Shown piece after piece: positions 9,397-16,677 of a stretch of DNA of 56,456 nt. The stretch comes from an uncultured Candidatus Saccharibacteria bacterium (GTDB lineage: Bacteria > Patescibacteriota > Minisyncoccia > UBA6257 > 2-01-FULL-56-20): positions 1-56,456 of the forward strand of contig CAYIOP010000004.1 of NCBI GenBank assembly GCA_964365185.1, read 5' to 3'. The translations under genes were made by a program, and so were the position numbers. Within the stretch, counting starts at the first letter, position 1. Each line of letters begins with the position of its first letter. Below the pieces are notes generated by a model. That model saw nothing but the letters and a program-made list of their open reading frames with translations. It was not told the origin of the DNA and ran no database searches.

Positions 9397-10373
9397 TCGT
9401 CTAGTAATTTTCTTACCAATTTCTCCACTTCCGATTTTCGCGAAATCCACACGATATTTTTATCTCGCCTAAACCATGTCATCTGCCGCTTGGCGTAGCG
9501 CCAAATCTCAACTACCGACTTTTCAATCATCTCCTCGCGGCTGATCTTCTCCTCTAAAAATAAATTCACAATCGGATACTCCATCCCAATCTCCTTTAGT
9601 CGTTTCTCTGACACTCCTGATTTTTTTAAACCCTGAACCTCAATTACCAATCCGCGCCTCAACCACTCCATCAATCGCTTTCGAATAATGTTTTTCAATT
9701 TCCGACCATCAATTTTTAATCCAATCTTCAATGCCTGATATTTATCTATTCTAATATTCTCAAGAACACTAGAATAAGACGATTTACCGGTTTGAATCGC
9801 AATTTCAATCGCTCGTACCAGCCGGCGCCGGTTGTGTTGGTCAATATTTTCCGCCCGTCGCGGGTCTAATTTTTTTAGCCCTCTGAATAACTCTTCGGTT
9901 GTTTTTCTCTCTAACTTCCTGCGAAGCAGGGGATTGGGCTTTACTTCCGGAAAAGTCCGCTCGCCCAAAAGCGTGTCAATATAAAGTCCGGTTCCCCCGC
10001 AGATAATTGGCAACCGGCCGCGCCGCCAAATATCTTTTATCGCTTTCTCGGCCATTCGCTTATACACCGCCACGCTAAAAACTTTCTTCACGCTCGCCAC
10101 GTCAATCAAATGATGCCGTATCCCTTTGTAGTAGTATTTATTTACCTGACACCTGACACCTGGCACCTGGCACCTTTCGCAGGGTATTTTCCCCGTCCCA
10201 ATATTAAGCTCCCGATACACCTGCCTTGAATCCGCCGAGATAACCTCGCCGTTGAACTTCTTGGCCATCTGAATCGCGAGCTCTGATTTACCGCTCCCAG
10301 TCGGCCCCAAAATCACCAGTATTTTAGGCCTTACTTTCCGGCTATTTCCCGCTATTGACAATTTATTTATCAT
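9393..10373 (-). CDS. miaA: tRNA dimethylallyltransferase
   Basis: P-loop ILGPTGSGKSELA, ISADSRQVYRELNIGTGK, RHHLIDV. Confidence 0.9.
   Translation of the reverse strand: MINKLSIAGNSRKVRPKILVILGPTGSGKSELAIQMAKKFNGEVISADSRQVYRELNIGTGKIPCERCQVPGVRCQVNKYYYKGIRHHLIDVASVKKVFSVAVYKRMAEKAIKDIWRRGRLPIICGGTGLYIDTLLGERTFPEVKPNPLLRRKLERKTTEELFRGLKKLDPRRAENIDQHNRRRLVRAIEIAIQTGKSSYSSVLENIRIDKYQALKIGLKIDGRKLKNIIRKRLMEWLRRGLVIEVQGLKKSGVSEKRLKEIGMEYPIVNLFLEEKISREEMIEKSVVEIWRYAKRQMTWFRRDKNIVWISRKSEVEKLVRKLLDD
9746..9777. repeat. palindromic element copy inside miaA (CTATTCTAATATTCT-CA-AGAACACTAGAATAA)
   Basis: About 33 of 36 nt identical to the intergenic perfect palindrome at 31287-31318. Here it encodes SVLENIRID. 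Confidence 0.65.
10144..10175. repeat. heptanucleotide tandem repeat (ACCTGRC x4.5) inside miaA
   Basis: ACCTGAC ACCTGAC ACCTGGC ACCTGGC ACCT. It encodes CQVPGVRCQV within a lineage-specific insert. Confidence 0.85.
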
Positions 10374-10423
10374 ATGCTAAAATACAAACAGTAGAATTAA
10401 CATCAACCCAAAAGGAGATTTTT

Positions 10424-10573
10424 ATGGAACTCGTGGATCCATCGGCCTACTATTGGCCGTTCAAATTAATAGTAATAGCGATCGCCGCTCCTCTTTGTTT
10501 GTTGTTACGGGCGATAGATATCGCTAGAACAAACAAAAGGGTCGCTGCAAATTCACAAAAATCCTCTGCGTAA
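10424..10573 (+). CDS. small membrane protein (49 aa), hypothetical
   Basis: AAAGGAG upstream of the ATG at 10424, one hydrophobic helix, and a hairpin plus T-run downstream (about 10599-10633). Confidence 0.4.
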   Translation: MELVDPSAYYWPFKLIVIAIAAPLCLLLRAIDIARTNKRVAANSQKSSA

Positions 10574-10710
10574 ACCACGATCTTTCCTCCTCTTTGCAAC
10601 CCCGTCGCTACTAAGCTGCGGGGTCTTCTTTTTATAATCCTCTTCCTTTTTAAAGTCCAATGTATTAGGATTAAACTAGTTGCTTGATTCAAGAGTTGGA
10701 GGTTTCTAGT

Positions 10711-10926
10711 ATGGAAATAAGAATCTTAATTCTACTGTTTGGCGCCATAATAACCAATATTTTCGTTCTTTCTGCCTCAATCATGGGGTACGTTCAGTCT
10801 CATCCGCTTTTGAGTGGTACATTATCATTCCTTAATTTTTTCGGCACTTTTCTTGTAACTTTTCTTATTCCACTTGGAGTAACCCTCCTTTTTTTTATTA
10901 AGTTCCTCAGAAAAATTTCGAATTGA
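10711..10926 (+). CDS. small membrane protein (71 aa), hypothetical
   Basis: GGAGG upstream of the ATG at 10711, two hydrophobic helices, and a terminator downstream. Confidence 0.4.
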   Translation: MEIRILILLFGAIITNIFVLSASIMGYVQSHPLLSGTLSFLNFFGTFLVTFLIPLGVTLLFFIKFLRKISN

Positions 10927-10984
10927 GAGCAGGGTAGCCGCTCCGCGCGACATGGATGTTCTGCAAAGTAACGTCCAGCCAACC

Positions 10985-11020
10985 AAAAAAGACCCCCGTG
11001 TTTCACGAGGGTCTTTATTT
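10985..11020. terminator. bidirectional intrinsic terminator
   Basis: A-run, then AAGACCC-CGTG-TTT-CACG-GGGTCTT, then a T-rich tract. It lies between convergent genes. Confidence 0.55.
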
Positions 11021-11114
11021 ATATTGTTATTTTAATATTTTAACATTCACGCATTCCCATCATTCAAACAATTCAAGCATTACAACATTACAACACCTAC
11101 AATATTTAGAACAT

Positions 11115-12395
11115 CTACAGCATTCTCTCCATTATTTTCTTCTTAATTTCTTCAACTAAATCTTTAATTTTATAATCCTCGTTTTTATTCTGACCCAACT
11201 TACGCGCGCTTACTTCTCCAACTTTCTCTTCTTTTTCTCCCACCACTAAAATATAAGGAATCTTCTGCATCTCCGCCTCGCGGATTCTTTTATTTAGTGT
11301 TTCGTTGGCATCCGACATTTCCACTCTCACTCCCGCAACTTTAAGTTCATCAAAAATTTTCCGGCCATAATCCGCAATCTTCTCGCTTATCGGCAAAACT
11401 GTTGCCTGAACCGGAGCGAGCCACAAAGGCAAAGCGCCGTTAAAATGTTCGAGCAATATTCCGATGAATCGCTCAAACGACCCGTAAACCGCCCGATGAA
11501 TCACCATTGGTTTTTGTTTTTTGCCGTCTTCGTCAATGTAAGCCAAACCAAACTGCTCGGGCAGCATCACAAGGTCGAGTTGAATCGTGGCCAACTGCCA
11601 GCTCCGCTCTAGCGAGTCCTTAATTTCAATATCAATCTTCGGGCCATAAAACGCGCCGTCTTTTTCTTTAAGTTCGTATTTAACTTTGTTTTCTGTAAGC
11701 GCGGACTTTAATGATTCCTCGGCCTTATCCCAGACCTTTTTCTCGCCCATGGCCTTATCCGGCATGGTGGAGAGATAAAACTTCGGCGAAAAACCAAAGA
11801 TGGCATAAACCTTAGTCACTAATTTTAAAAGTGAGGAAACTTCCGTGTGAATTTGGTCTGGTCGCAAATAGATATGCGCGTCATCCATTGTAAATTGCCT
11901 CAACCGAAAAAGTCCGCCCACCACTCCTGAAAGTTCATTTCGGTGCAGTCGCCCAATCTCTGCTAATCGTAAGGGCAAATCCTTATAACTTCTGGTTCTG
12001 ACGTTAAAAACATAAGTTGACTCCGGACAGTTCATTGGCTTAATTGCGTAAGTTTCTTTTTCTTGGTCAAAATAAAACATATTTTCTCGGTAATATTTCC
12101 AGTGTCCGGATTTTTCAAAAACTGCTTTTTTGACCATAATCGGCGTGGAAATTTCGTTATAGCCCATCAGGTCCAATTCCTCTCGAATTAACTTTTCAAG
12201 TTCCCTAAAAATAATCATTCCCTTACCGTGCCAAAAAACCGTGCCTGGTGCCACTTCGTGAAACGAAAAAAGATTTAATCGCTCGCCGAGTTCCCGGTGA
12301 CCTGCGGTGAGCTTGCCTGCACTGAGTTTGTCGAATGTGTCGAATCCGTCGGCCTGATTTGATCCTCCATTTTTTTCTTCCTTAGGTTTAGACAT
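11115..12395 (-). CDS. thrS: threonyl-tRNA synthetase, catalytic plus anticodon-binding domains only (426 aa)
   Basis: HRELGERLNLFSF, class II motifs (FRLRQFTMDDAHIY, GSFERFIGILLEH). Only about 30 aa precede the catalytic core. Confidence 0.9.
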   Translation of the reverse strand: MSKPKEEKNGGSNQADGFDTFDKLSAGKLTAGHRELGERLNLFSFHEVAPGTVFWHGKGMIIFRELEKLIREELDLMGYNEISTPIMVKKAVFEKSGHWKYYRENMFYFDQEKETYAIKPMNCPESTYVFNVRTRSYKDLPLRLAEIGRLHRNELSGVVGGLFRLRQFTMDDAHIYLRPDQIHTEVSSLLKLVTKVYAIFGFSPKFYLSTMPDKAMGEKKVWDKAEESLKSALTENKVKYELKEKDGAFYGPKIDIEIKDSLERSWQLATIQLDLVMLPEQFGLAYIDEDGKKQKPMVIHRAVYGSFERFIGILLEHFNGALPLWLAPVQATVLPISEKIADYGRKIFDELKVAGVRVEMSDANETLNKRIREAEMQKIPYILVVGEKEEKVGEVSARKLGQNKNEDYKIKDLVEEIKKKIMERML

Positions 12396-12447
12396 TGCTT
12401 TAAATTATACTTGATTTTTTTTGGTTTTTAAAGCTATAATTGCAGTA

Positions 12448-12693
12448 ATGTTAACTCAATTTATAATTAAAAAACTAAAAACCGCCCGGTATAAAATTTT
12501 AAAAGATGGTGTTTATTTTGGCGAAATTCCCGGCCTTCGCGGTGTTTGGGCTAGCGCCAAAAATCTCGAAGATTGCCGGCGTGAATTAGCCGAGGTTTTA
12601 GAGGACTGGCTTTTGCTTAAAATCCGCAGCCACGCCAAAATTCCTGGTTTTAAAATAAAAGTTGATCGGCGCGAGCTCGTGAGAAATGCCTAA
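12448..12693 (+). CDS. hicB: HicB-family antitoxin
   Basis: YFGEIPGLRGVWASAKNLEDCRRELAEVLEDWLL. It overlaps the downstream HicA gene by 8 nt. I prefer the ATG at 12448 over the TTG at 12421. Confidence 0.7.
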   Translation: MLTQFIIKKLKTARYKILKDGVYFGEIPGLRGVWASAKNLEDCRRELAEVLEDWLLLKIRSHAKIPGFKIKVDRRELVRNA

Positions 12694-12901
12694 AAATGTT
12701 TCGTGGCGTAAGTTAGTCCAGAGATTTAGGCAACTTGGTTTTGATGGCCCCTATTCCGGAGGGCGCCACCTGTTTATGTCTAAAGGAGAATTCAAAGTTC
12801 GCATTCCCAATCCTCACAAAGGCGATATTTCGAAACATTTACTTTCGGAAATTTTGCGTCAATCTGGAATATCAACTAAGGACTGGGACAATGTAAAATA
12901 A
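12686..12901 (+). CDS. hicA: HicA-family mRNA interferase toxin
   Basis: WRKLVQRFRQLGFDGPYSGGRHLFMSKGEFKVRIPNPHKGDISKHLLSEILRQSGIS matches the HicA/YcfA pattern. Confidence 0.8.
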   Translation: MPKNVSWRKLVQRFRQLGFDGPYSGGRHLFMSKGEFKVRIPNPHKGDISKHLLSEILRQSGISTKDWDNVK

Positions 12902-12979
12902 ATCCATATTTGACTTTAATCCAGTTAAGGAATATAAAATTATCAGTTCAACAATAATTTCATTAAGAAAGGATTCCTT

Positions 12980-13228
12980 GTGACTAGTAATTTTTCATCA
13001 GACCTTGAAAGAATAGAAAGGCAAACCAATAAATGGATCGCAATAATTTGTATCATTTTTGGTCCCTCACTATTAATTACTGCTATCGTGGGTTCGGTCA
13101 TGCTTGCAAACTCCGTCGATAGATCCAATGGCGGTCTATGGTGCTTGGCAATAATAATAGCGTCTGCGGGCGTGGTAGAAATCTTTGTGGGTAAACACAT
13201 GCTCAAACGGATTAAATCACATCCCTAA
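12980..13228 (+). CDS. small 2-TM membrane protein, hypothetical (GTG start)
   Basis: Two hydrophobic segments and a plus-strand terminator directly downstream. I prefer it over the antisense ORF 12943-13206. Confidence 0.4.
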   Translation: MTSNFSSDLERIERQTNKWIAIICIIFGPSLLITAIVGSVMLANSVDRSNGGLWCLAIIIASAGVVEIFVGKHMLKRIKSHP

Positions 13229-13261
13229 CCAAATCCGCCATAAATTTAATAAAGATAATTA

Positions 13262-13298
13262 CCCCGCCTGTAAATTCAAGCGGGGCTTTTCTTTTCTT
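13262..13298 (+). terminator. intrinsic terminator
   Basis: CCCCGC..GCGGGG stem followed by CTTTTCTTTT. Confidence 0.6.
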
Positions 13299-13330
13299 AA
13301 CTAAAATTTTGAGGTATTATCTCTAAATAC

Positions 13331-14644
13331 ATGCTCGACATCAAACTCATCCGCGAAAATCCCGACCGCGTAAAACTCGGGGTTAAGTCAAAAGGAATAA
13401 GTCCCAAATTAGTGGACGACTTTTTGGCGCTGGATGAAAAATGGAGAAAATTAACCCAAGAATCCGAAAATCTCCGGGCGGAACAGAAAAAAGCCGGTGA
13501 GGCCAAAGATGTGGCCAAGGCCAAAAAACTCAAAGAAAAAATCTCTGGCTTAAACGAGGATTTGGAAAAAACTGGCCACAAGCGCGATATTCTGCTTTTG
13601 GAATTTCCCAATCTACCGTTTGAAGATGTTCCGGTTGGCAAAGATGAATCAAGCAACAAAGTTCTCCGCGAAGTGGGGGACAAGCCCGACCTTAAAAACC
13701 CCAGCGACTACTCAACTCTCGCCGAAAAACTGGATTTAATCGACACCGAAAAAGCTGGCGCCATCTCCGGTTCTCGTTTCGGCTATCTCAAAAACGAAGC
13801 TGTTTTGCTTGAATTCGCGCTTATTGACTTGGCTATGAAAACTTTAGTTAAAGAGGGTTTCTCGCCCATCCTGCCGCCGGTCTTGGTAAAGCCCGAAATT
13901 ATGAAAGCTATGGGTAAACAAAAATTTATCGCGGAAAAAGATGCTTACTATCTTCCTGAAGATAATCTTTATCTGGTCGGCTCCTCTGAACACTCTATTG
14001 GTCCCTATCATATGAGCGAAACCTTAAGTGAAGCTGACTTGCCCAAACGCTATGTCGGTTTTTCAACTTGTTTCCGCCGTGAAGCCGGCAGTTATGGCAA
14101 AGACACCAAAGGCTTTTTAAGAGTGCATCAATTCGACAAAGTTGAAATGGTGGTTTTCTCCAAACCCGAGGATTCGGAAAAAGAACACCAGAAAATGCTG
14201 GCCTTACAGGAAAAATTAATGCAGACGCTTGAATTGCCGTATCGCGTGGTTGAAATCTGCAGCGGCGATATGACTTTTGCCGACGCCCGCCAATTTGACA
14301 TCGAAGCCTGGTTTCCGAGTCAGGGCGAATATCGCGAAACCCATTCTTGCTCCAATACCACCGACTATCAAGCCCGCGGGTTAAACACTCGTTACAAATC
14401 CCTAACACCTTCCGCCAAAGGCGGATCCTCCTTTGGAGGAAACACCTCCAGTGTCCGTCCGCAGCTTCAGGCGAAGGCGGAAAACCTAAAACCTGACTTT
14501 GTTCACATTCTAAACGGAACCGTTTTTTCCGGGCGGCCTATTTTGGCGATTATCGAAAACTTTCAAACTCCAGACGGCAAAATCAAAATTCCCAAAATTT
14601 TACAGGACTATGTTGGCAAAAAAGAAATCGGGTTTAAAAATTAG
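13331..14644 (+). CDS. serS: seryl-tRNA synthetase with a ~25-aa insert
   Basis: MLDIKLIRENP, motif 2 TCFRREAGSYGKDTKGFLRVHQFDKVE, HILNGT..ILAIIENFQ. Confidence 0.95.
   Translation: MLDIKLIRENPDRVKLGVKSKGISPKLVDDFLALDEKWRKLTQESENLRAEQKKAGEAKDVAKAKKLKEKISGLNEDLEKTGHKRDILLLEFPNLPFEDVPVGKDESSNKVLREVGDKPDLKNPSDYSTLAEKLDLIDTEKAGAISGSRFGYLKNEAVLLEFALIDLAMKTLVKEGFSPILPPVLVKPEIMKAMGKQKFIAEKDAYYLPEDNLYLVGSSEHSIGPYHMSETLSEADLPKRYVGFSTCFRREAGSYGKDTKGFLRVHQFDKVEMVVFSKPEDSEKEHQKMLALQEKLMQTLELPYRVVEICSGDMTFADARQFDIEAWFPSQGEYRETHSCSNTTDYQARGLNTRYKSLTPSAKGGSSFGGNTSSVRPQLQAKAENLKPDFVHILNGTVFSGRPILAIIENFQTPDGKIKIPKILQDYVGKKEIGFKN
14411..14440. repeat. 30-nt double-hairpin element, copy 1 (in serS, in frame)
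   Basis: TCCGCCAAAGGCGGA + TCCTCCTTTGGAGGA with a central GGATCC. It encodes SAKGGSSFGG and is flanked on both sides by AACACCT (14404-14410, 14441-14447). Confidence 0.85.
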
Positions 14645-15785
14645 CGGCCAGTTTAATTCCTTCGGAACATTTCGTACTTGGATTGAAATTAATGCATCCG
14701 CTGCGAGAAAAAATGCCGAGATTTTAAGGAAAATTACCGGTCCCAAAGTTAAGCTTTGGTCAGTGGTTAAATCAAACGTCTATGGCCACGGCATCACCGT
14801 CTATCCTAAGTTGGCTGAAAAATTTCCTATCGACGGTTTTTGCGTGGATTCTTTTGTGGAAGGCCTCCGACTAAGACGAGACGGTATTAAAAAATCTATT
14901 CTGGTTTTAGGTCCCACTTTAGCCGAACTCGCCAAAGATGCCGCCGATAAAAAAATTACTCTTTCGATTTCTAATTTTGAAGTCCTAAAGCATCTTATTC
15001 AAACTAAAAATCCTCCTGAATTTCATATAAAGATTGATACTGGCATGAACCGCCAAGGTTTCTTTCTCGAAGACATCCCCAAAGTTATTAAATTTCTCCG
15101 TTCGCGATTTGCAATTAGCGATTTGCGATGCGCTGGTCTCTACACCCACTTCGCCTCAGCTAAAGATATTAACTATCCAACTTACACCGATAATCAATTA
15201 AATAAATTCGAAAAAGCCGTTGAATTTTTCAAAAAAGCCGGCTACAAAAATTTAGTTAGACATGCTGCCGCTACCGGCGCCACTTTAATAAATAAAAAAT
15301 ATCATTTAGATGCCGTTCGTGCGGGCATTGGTTTTTATGGTCTGTGGCCGTCTAAGGAATTAGAAATTCAGCTCGCTCATCAAAACACCTTAAGCCCGAT
15401 TTTAAGCTGGAAAACTATTGTGAGTGAAATCAAAAATATTTCCGCGGGCGAATTTATCGGTTATGATTTAACCGAAAAAGTCAGCCGTTCGGCCAAAATC
15501 GCGGTTTTGCCCATTGGCTATTGGCACGGCTTCCCCCGCGCCCTCTCGGGTATTGGCGAGGTTTTAATTAAAGGACACAGGGCTCGCGTTCTCGGTCGGG
15601 TTTCTATGGATTTGGTGGTGGTTGACGTAACCGGCATTAATTGCCGAGTGGGGGACATTGCTACCTTAATCGGCCAAGATGGGAAAGATGAAATTACTGT
15701 TTCTGAACTGGCGCAAAAATCATTGACTAGCCACTATGAAATTATCACTCGCTTAAACCCTTTAATAGAGAGAATTATCGTTTGA
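14610..15785 (+). CDS. alr: alanine racemase
   Basis: PLP-lysine motif VVKSNVYGHG and C-terminal RVSMD. The ATG at 14610 overlaps serS by 35 nt, so the true start is uncertain. Confidence 0.88.
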   Translation: MLAKKKSGLKISGQFNSFGTFRTWIEINASAARKNAEILRKITGPKVKLWSVVKSNVYGHGITVYPKLAEKFPIDGFCVDSFVEGLRLRRDGIKKSILVLGPTLAELAKDAADKKITLSISNFEVLKHLIQTKNPPEFHIKIDTGMNRQGFFLEDIPKVIKFLRSRFAISDLRCAGLYTHFASAKDINYPTYTDNQLNKFEKAVEFFKKAGYKNLVRHAAATGATLINKKYHLDAVRAGIGFYGLWPSKELEIQLAHQNTLSPILSWKTIVSEIKNISAGEFIGYDLTEKVSRSAKIAVLPIGYWHGFPRALSGIGEVLIKGHRARVLGRVSMDLVVVDVTGINCRVGDIATLIGQDGKDEITVSELAQKSLTSHYEIITRLNPLIERIIV

Positions 15786-15786
15786 A

Positions 15787-16602
15787 ATGAAAAAAGAATC
15801 TCATTTTAATTTATTAAATTCCCAAAATAAGCGCCGCCGCCGCAAGCTTATTGTTAGATTTATTCTTTCCGGTTTAATTTTTCTAAGTGCCGTCACCTTA
15901 GTGATTTGGATTGTTTTTTACTCTCCAATTTTTAAATTCAATGAAATTGTTATCAAAAATATAGAGAATGAAAAAATCAAAGAAGATATCTCCGATTTTT
16001 TTAAAACCAAATTATCCACCGGCCCACTGCTTATTCGCCTACTAGGCTTTAATAATTTTTTAGCTTGGCCAAAAAGTATTGACGCAGCCGACCTTAAATC
16101 TTTACCCACTATCGCCGACCTGAAAATTACCAGAGAATATAACGAAAACGCGCTTATTATCGAGGTCTCTGAGCGTCAACCATTCGCGATTTGGTGTTTA
16201 AATAAAATTCTTCCTTCACGTTGTTTTTGGTTTGATGAGACCGGTGAAATTTTTAAAGAATCATTAACTGCCACCGGTAATCTCGTTCAGGTCGTCTCCG
16301 ATTATTCCCAAGATAATTTAACGTTTCAGTCGAAAGTTCTGCCGGACGAACTCAACGCCAACTTAATTTCAATTTTAAAAGTTTTGGAGTCCATTCCTCT
16401 GGATGTTCAAACTATAACCCTTGAAGATATTGCCCTTGAAGAAATTAAGGTTCAAATTCGGCGCGGCCCGATTATTTATTTTAGCTTGGCCCGTCAAGCC
16501 GATAATTTTAAAGCTGCTCTTAAATCTCTTGTTAATAATCCCGACTTTAAAAAATATCAGTATATCGATCTTCGGTCCGAAAACAGGATTTATTATCAAT
16601 AA
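15787..16602 (+). CDS. ftsQ: FtsQ/DivIB-like cell division protein (POTRA)
   Basis: Basic N-terminus, single TM, then a POTRA-like segment (FKFNEIVIKNIENEK). Confidence 0.55.
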   Translation: MKKESHFNLLNSQNKRRRRKLIVRFILSGLIFLSAVTLVIWIVFYSPIFKFNEIVIKNIENEKIKEDISDFFKTKLSTGPLLIRLLGFNNFLAWPKSIDAADLKSLPTIADLKITREYNENALIIEVSERQPFAIWCLNKILPSRCFWFDETGEIFKESLTATGNLVQVVSDYSQDNLTFQSKVLPDELNANLISILKVLESIPLDVQTITLEDIALEEIKVQIRRGPIIYFSLARQADNFKAALKSLVNNPDFKKYQYIDLRSENRIYYQ

Positions 16603-16677
16603 TTCGATAGTTATATTATCAGCACTTATTAAGAGAATATTTTGAATTTGGCTTCAGGCCTGATAAAATTCTAGTTA

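Noticed and set aside
12943-13206. 87-aa minus-strand ORF overlapping 12980-13228.
   Set aside because: The plus-strand alternative is followed by a plus-oriented intrinsic terminator (13262-13298) and encodes cleaner TM helices. Only one of the two can be real, and neither is strongly supported.
13297-14408. Minus-strand ORFs 13297-13683 and 13995-14408.
   Set aside because: Both are antisense to serS, which has unambiguous class II synthetase motifs.
14610-14644. The 35-nt overlap of alr with the end of serS, considered as a possible frameshift or fusion.
   Set aside because: The two genes are in different frames and each is complete. The overlap is more simply explained by an uncertain alr start codon.
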